A stretch of 63,496 nucleotides of DNA, counting the filler, from Trichosphaerium sp. ATCC 40318 (lineage: Eukaryota; Protista; Tubulinea): assembly GCA_038496445.1 (NCBI GenBank). It is 3 parts of 3 records of this genome, joined end to end, with 100 filler letters (N's around TTAATTAATTAA, not from the genome) between each part and the next. Parts side by side here need not be neighbours in the genome. Positions count along the whole stretch, not along the records: positions 52,800 to 63,496 come from JALMLS010000115.1; 2 more parts are not named here. One strand, given 5' to 3'. Below are positions 60,193-63,496 of the stretch, piece by piece. Made by a program: the position numbers and the translations under genes. Numbering within the stretch: the stretch's first letter is position 1; each line of letters begins with the position of its first letter. Below the pieces are notes generated by a model, which did no database searches, was not told the origin of the DNA, and saw only the letters and a list, made by a program, of their open reading frames with translations.

Positions 60193-60889
60193 CTTTCCTC
60201 GAAACGAAGGAAAAGATCAGTAAACAGCATAATAACACCCATTTCTAATGCTCTATTCTTATCCTCGATCGTTAAAAAGGTAACAAAAGCGAGGTTGCCA
60301 TATTTTCCTGAATATTTATCACGCTGTTTTTCGATTGATACGACTTGAATGAAGGCTCTTTTTCGCATAAACTTCTTGAAATGAGGGAATTTGAGATTGC
60401 TTAGTTGGCTACCTATGAAACCTTTAAGAACACATGAGAAATCTTCGTCTTTAATCCTTTTCAAGGTAAGTTGGATATCATAACACCAAATAAAACCGTT
60501 AGTAACACAGCTTTCGAAAGCAGAGCTTGCTTGGTAATTTGGCGCAACTAATTTTCCATAGAGTGGTTTCGCGTCACTTCCGTGAGATTCATAAAGCGCG
60601 TCCATGTATAGAGGGGAGGCTTTTGGATAACATAGGCGGATTCCTTCGATGATTTCCTTTAATGTCGCTGATCTTTCTATTTGACCGACCCAGAATTTGC
60701 AGTGGGTATCTACTAGCGCATCGTAATTTTCTAATAGTTCCATAGCTTCGACCGTCGTTCTTTTAAGGTTGTCTTCATCGATAACTATAGAGACTATATA
60801 GTTAAAGTTTTCTTGATTCTCCACCGCAAAGTATAAATCATCTTCGATCCATTTGACTGATCCTGGAATTACTTTCTTTACGAACCAAA
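60189..60889 (-). CDS. LINE ORF1, 3' part (RRM-like)
   Basis: KYGNLAFVTFLTIEDKNRAL is RNP1-like. The stop overlaps the ORF2 start as ATGA. Confidence 0.75.
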
Positions 60890-61323
60890 TAGATCTCACG
60901 AAAAACCAAAACAATGAGTACGAGGAAGAAACTTTTTCTTTTACAAATTCAAAAATTTCTTCAAAACCCATATCAAAAAAACCCTTTTTAAAACAACAAA
61001 TATCTTTATCGAGTTTAAAAAAAACAAACAACTCCATGCCCAATTTTTTTTATCTTACCAAATCACAATCTCTAAAACACAAAAAAATTATTTCCCGTTA
61101 CTATTCTAAAATCATTAAACATCCTTATGAAGAAATTTTACCACAACACCAAATCAAAACTTACAAAAATTTTCTAATCCCAGTTTCCTTCGCGCAAACC
61201 CTTAAACACCTACATAATAATACCTTCTCTCTATTCCTACTCTCAAACTCTAAAAACCCAAAAAAATGTTCTTACTGTTTTCACCACATTAAACGTCTTG
61301 ATGACCAAATTTTTATGAACGCT

Positions 61324-61679
61324 CGAAAAGCTCTGCTGACTGGTTAGCTGGCGTGTGGACAACAAGACGAGATTGGCCTGAAAAGGTACAAGGCCTAAGA
61401 CTTGCGCCGATGTGCTAATACCCCCCTAGGTCTCAAAGAAGGAGATGGGGAGCGTAGCGGTGGTTGGCGGGTCTCAGGATTTGACGTTTATTCGGGAAGT
61501 ACAAGGAGTTGCAACAGCAAAGGAGAGAAGGGGAAGTGATAGTCCAGTCCAGTCTAGTCCTTGAGATTTTCCCTGGCGTAAAACGCTTGCAGCGTTTTCC
61601 TCTGACGAAAAGCTCTGCTGACTGGTTAGCTGGCGTGTGGACAACAAGACGAGATTGGCCTGAAAAGGTACAAGGCCTA
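61324..61679 (+). repeat. 74-bp direct repeat pair (61324-61397, 61606-61679) in the LINE 5' region
   Basis: cgaaaagctctgctgactggttagc...ggtacaaggccta occurs twice. Confidence 0.9.
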
Positions 61680-61759
61680 GCCGCGTTTTTCTCTGACTTA
61701 AGAAAACTTTACCTAATTACATTCTTACCTCGATTTTATATAGTAGTGATAAAGAATTA

Positions 61760-63063
61760 TTGGTCGACGACGTAGACTTCGAACAACTGGACAGTGGCAC
61801 TTTGTTCCCCAATCTACATCAGAAACAATCCAATAAGGAACAAAAAGAAGAAGAAAGCGAAAAAGAAGAAAATTCAAATGAAGAAGAACTTTTAGAAGAT
61901 GACGGCGAAGACTTCGAACCGAAAAATAAGGACGATACTCAAATGAGTACTTACAGAGCTTTACCAAAAATAAGTAACGTAAGAAACCCTTGGGAGTCAG
62001 ATCTGCTCGGCCTTCTAGAAGTATATGACGACAAAGTTGCAGACGGCGATATGTCAATTGAATTATCTGAAGAAGTTATTGAAAAAAGACGAGTCAAATC
62101 AATTGCAATAAGGAAAATTAGAAAAGACCCTAAATTCAAAGAAATCATGAAAAAAGCAAAATTTACCAAAGAGGGGAAAAAAATGCTTACTCCTGAAAAC
62201 CCAAACAGTATTTGGATAAAATATGAAAGAATTCCTCACGACCTCGACAGAGCTAAATGGGCTAGTGTGCTGTTTGACCCTTGTATTGGAACAGACATAG
62301 GAAATGACCACGAAGGACCTTCAACGAAAATTGAAAGAAGAATGCTTCCCCTCGATCAACAACTTTGGTTCGTAAAGAAAGTAATTCCAGGATCAGTCAA
62401 ATGGATCGAAGATGATTTATACTTTGCGGTGGAGAATCAAGAAAACTTTAACTATATAGTCTCTATAGTTATCGATGAAGACAACCTTAAAAGAACGACG
62501 GTCGAAGCTATGGAACTATTAGAAAATTACGATGCGCTAGTAGATACCCACTGCAAATTCTGGGTCGGTCAAATAGAAAGATCAGCGACATTAAAGGAAA
62601 TCATCGAAGGAATCCGCCTATGTTATCCAAAAGCCTCCCTCTATACATGGACGCGCTTTATGAATCTCACGGAAGTGACGCGAAACCACTCTATGGAAAA
62701 TTAGTTGCGCCAAATTACCAAGCAAGCTCTGCTTTCGAAAGCTGTGTTACTAACGGTTTTATTTGGTGTTATGATATCCAACTTACCTTGAAAAGGATTA
62801 AAGACGAAGATTTCTCATGTGTTCTTAAAGGTTTCATAGGTAGCCAACTAAGCAATCTCAAATTCCCTCATTTCAAGAAGTTTATGCGAAAAAGAGCCTT
62901 CATTCAAGTCGTATCAATCGAAAAACAGCGTGATAAATATTCAGGAAAATATGGCAACCTCGCTTTTGTTACCTTTTTAACGATCGAGGATAAGAATAGA
63001 GCATTAGAAATGGGTGTTATTATGCTGTTTACTGATCTTTTCCTTCGTTTCGAGGAAAGATGA
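61760..63063 (+). CDS. LINE ORF1 (acidic N-terminus, RRM-like C-terminus; 1-bp frameshift at ~62637)
   Basis: ORFs 61760-62704 and 62620-63063 join if the C run matches copy 1 (cccc versus ccc). ATGA overlap with ORF2 at 63060. Confidence 0.8.
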
Positions 63064-63496
63064 ATAACACAAATAAAACACTCATTTCATTTCTATCGCA
63101 AAATCTTTATGTCGGTAACCTTACAACTAAAACGAGAGAAATTGTAGAAGTCATTCAAGATAAAGAACCAGCATTTTTCCTCCTACAAGAAGCACACATT
63201 TCTAAAGAAGAATTCAAGTACGTTGAAAAAGACCTTAAAAAAATCCTCCCAAATTATAATATCTTTTCAAACCTCCCTACTAACAAAGAAGTACTTCTAT
63301 CTTCTATTATGAGGAACGAAGCATCCTACAAAAAAACAAAAGGTGACGACTTTTCTTTTGCCTCTGATCTTTTAAATATGGATGATATAGAATTAGCAGA
63401 AACTTGGAAAAAAATATCTAAGAAGACAGCACCAATGGGTGGTCTAATTACGTTTGTCAAAAAAAACATCTCACAAAAAATTTTAAACCTATCGTA

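Larger units (their letters stand above)
53843..60889 (-). mobile_element. Non-LTR retrotransposon (LINE, APE-RT-RNase H), 5'-truncated within ORF1
   Basis: A-rich 3' end at ~53843-53870, a ~550-bp 3' UTR, ORF2 and a partial ORF1. Confidence 0.92.
61324..63496 (+). mobile_element. Second LINE copy (5' UTR, ORF1, start of ORF2), running off the window
   Basis: 62364-63493 is the reverse complement of 59759-60889. 5' boundary inferred from the direct repeat. Confidence 0.88.

Noticed and set aside
1-63496. Genome-wide UGA reassignment
   Set aside because: Long intact ORFs contain no in-frame TGA, and LINE ORF1 ends in TGA. Only one pseudogene shows such codons.

Overview
AT-rich eukaryotic nuclear DNA, most likely from a free-living protist or amoeba. 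It has compact genes with ~45-60 bp spliceosomal introns, two scaffold gaps containing a TTAATTAATTAA linker, and several single-base indels that look like sequencing errors. 1-27 kb: host genes, namely a LIM/polyproline/WH2 actin regulator, about 7 F-box-type genes (4 F-box/LRR, 1 MORN-repeat), a TDP2-like EEP enzyme, GPI/TM surface proteins, a secreted JAB/JAMM-like protein and an LD-motif/filamin protein. 27.4-39.5 kb: a ~4.5-kb inverted duplication around a 5'-truncated multi-exon gene that reads Roc GTPase-COR-PARP(H-Y-E)-receiver-like, next to Ubl-Ig and SH2-LRR genes. This is the best candidate for an undescribed system. 39-46.5 kb: a secreted LPMO-like pseudogene cut by three non-autonomous CAG...CTG transposons, with a fourth just upstream. 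49.7-51.4 kb: a BBE-like FAD oxidase. 53.8-63.5 kb: an APE-RT-RNase H non-LTR retrotransposon interrupted by one of these transposons, set head-to-head with a second copy. Exon boundaries and domain calls were read by eye and need HMM/RNA-seq confirmation.
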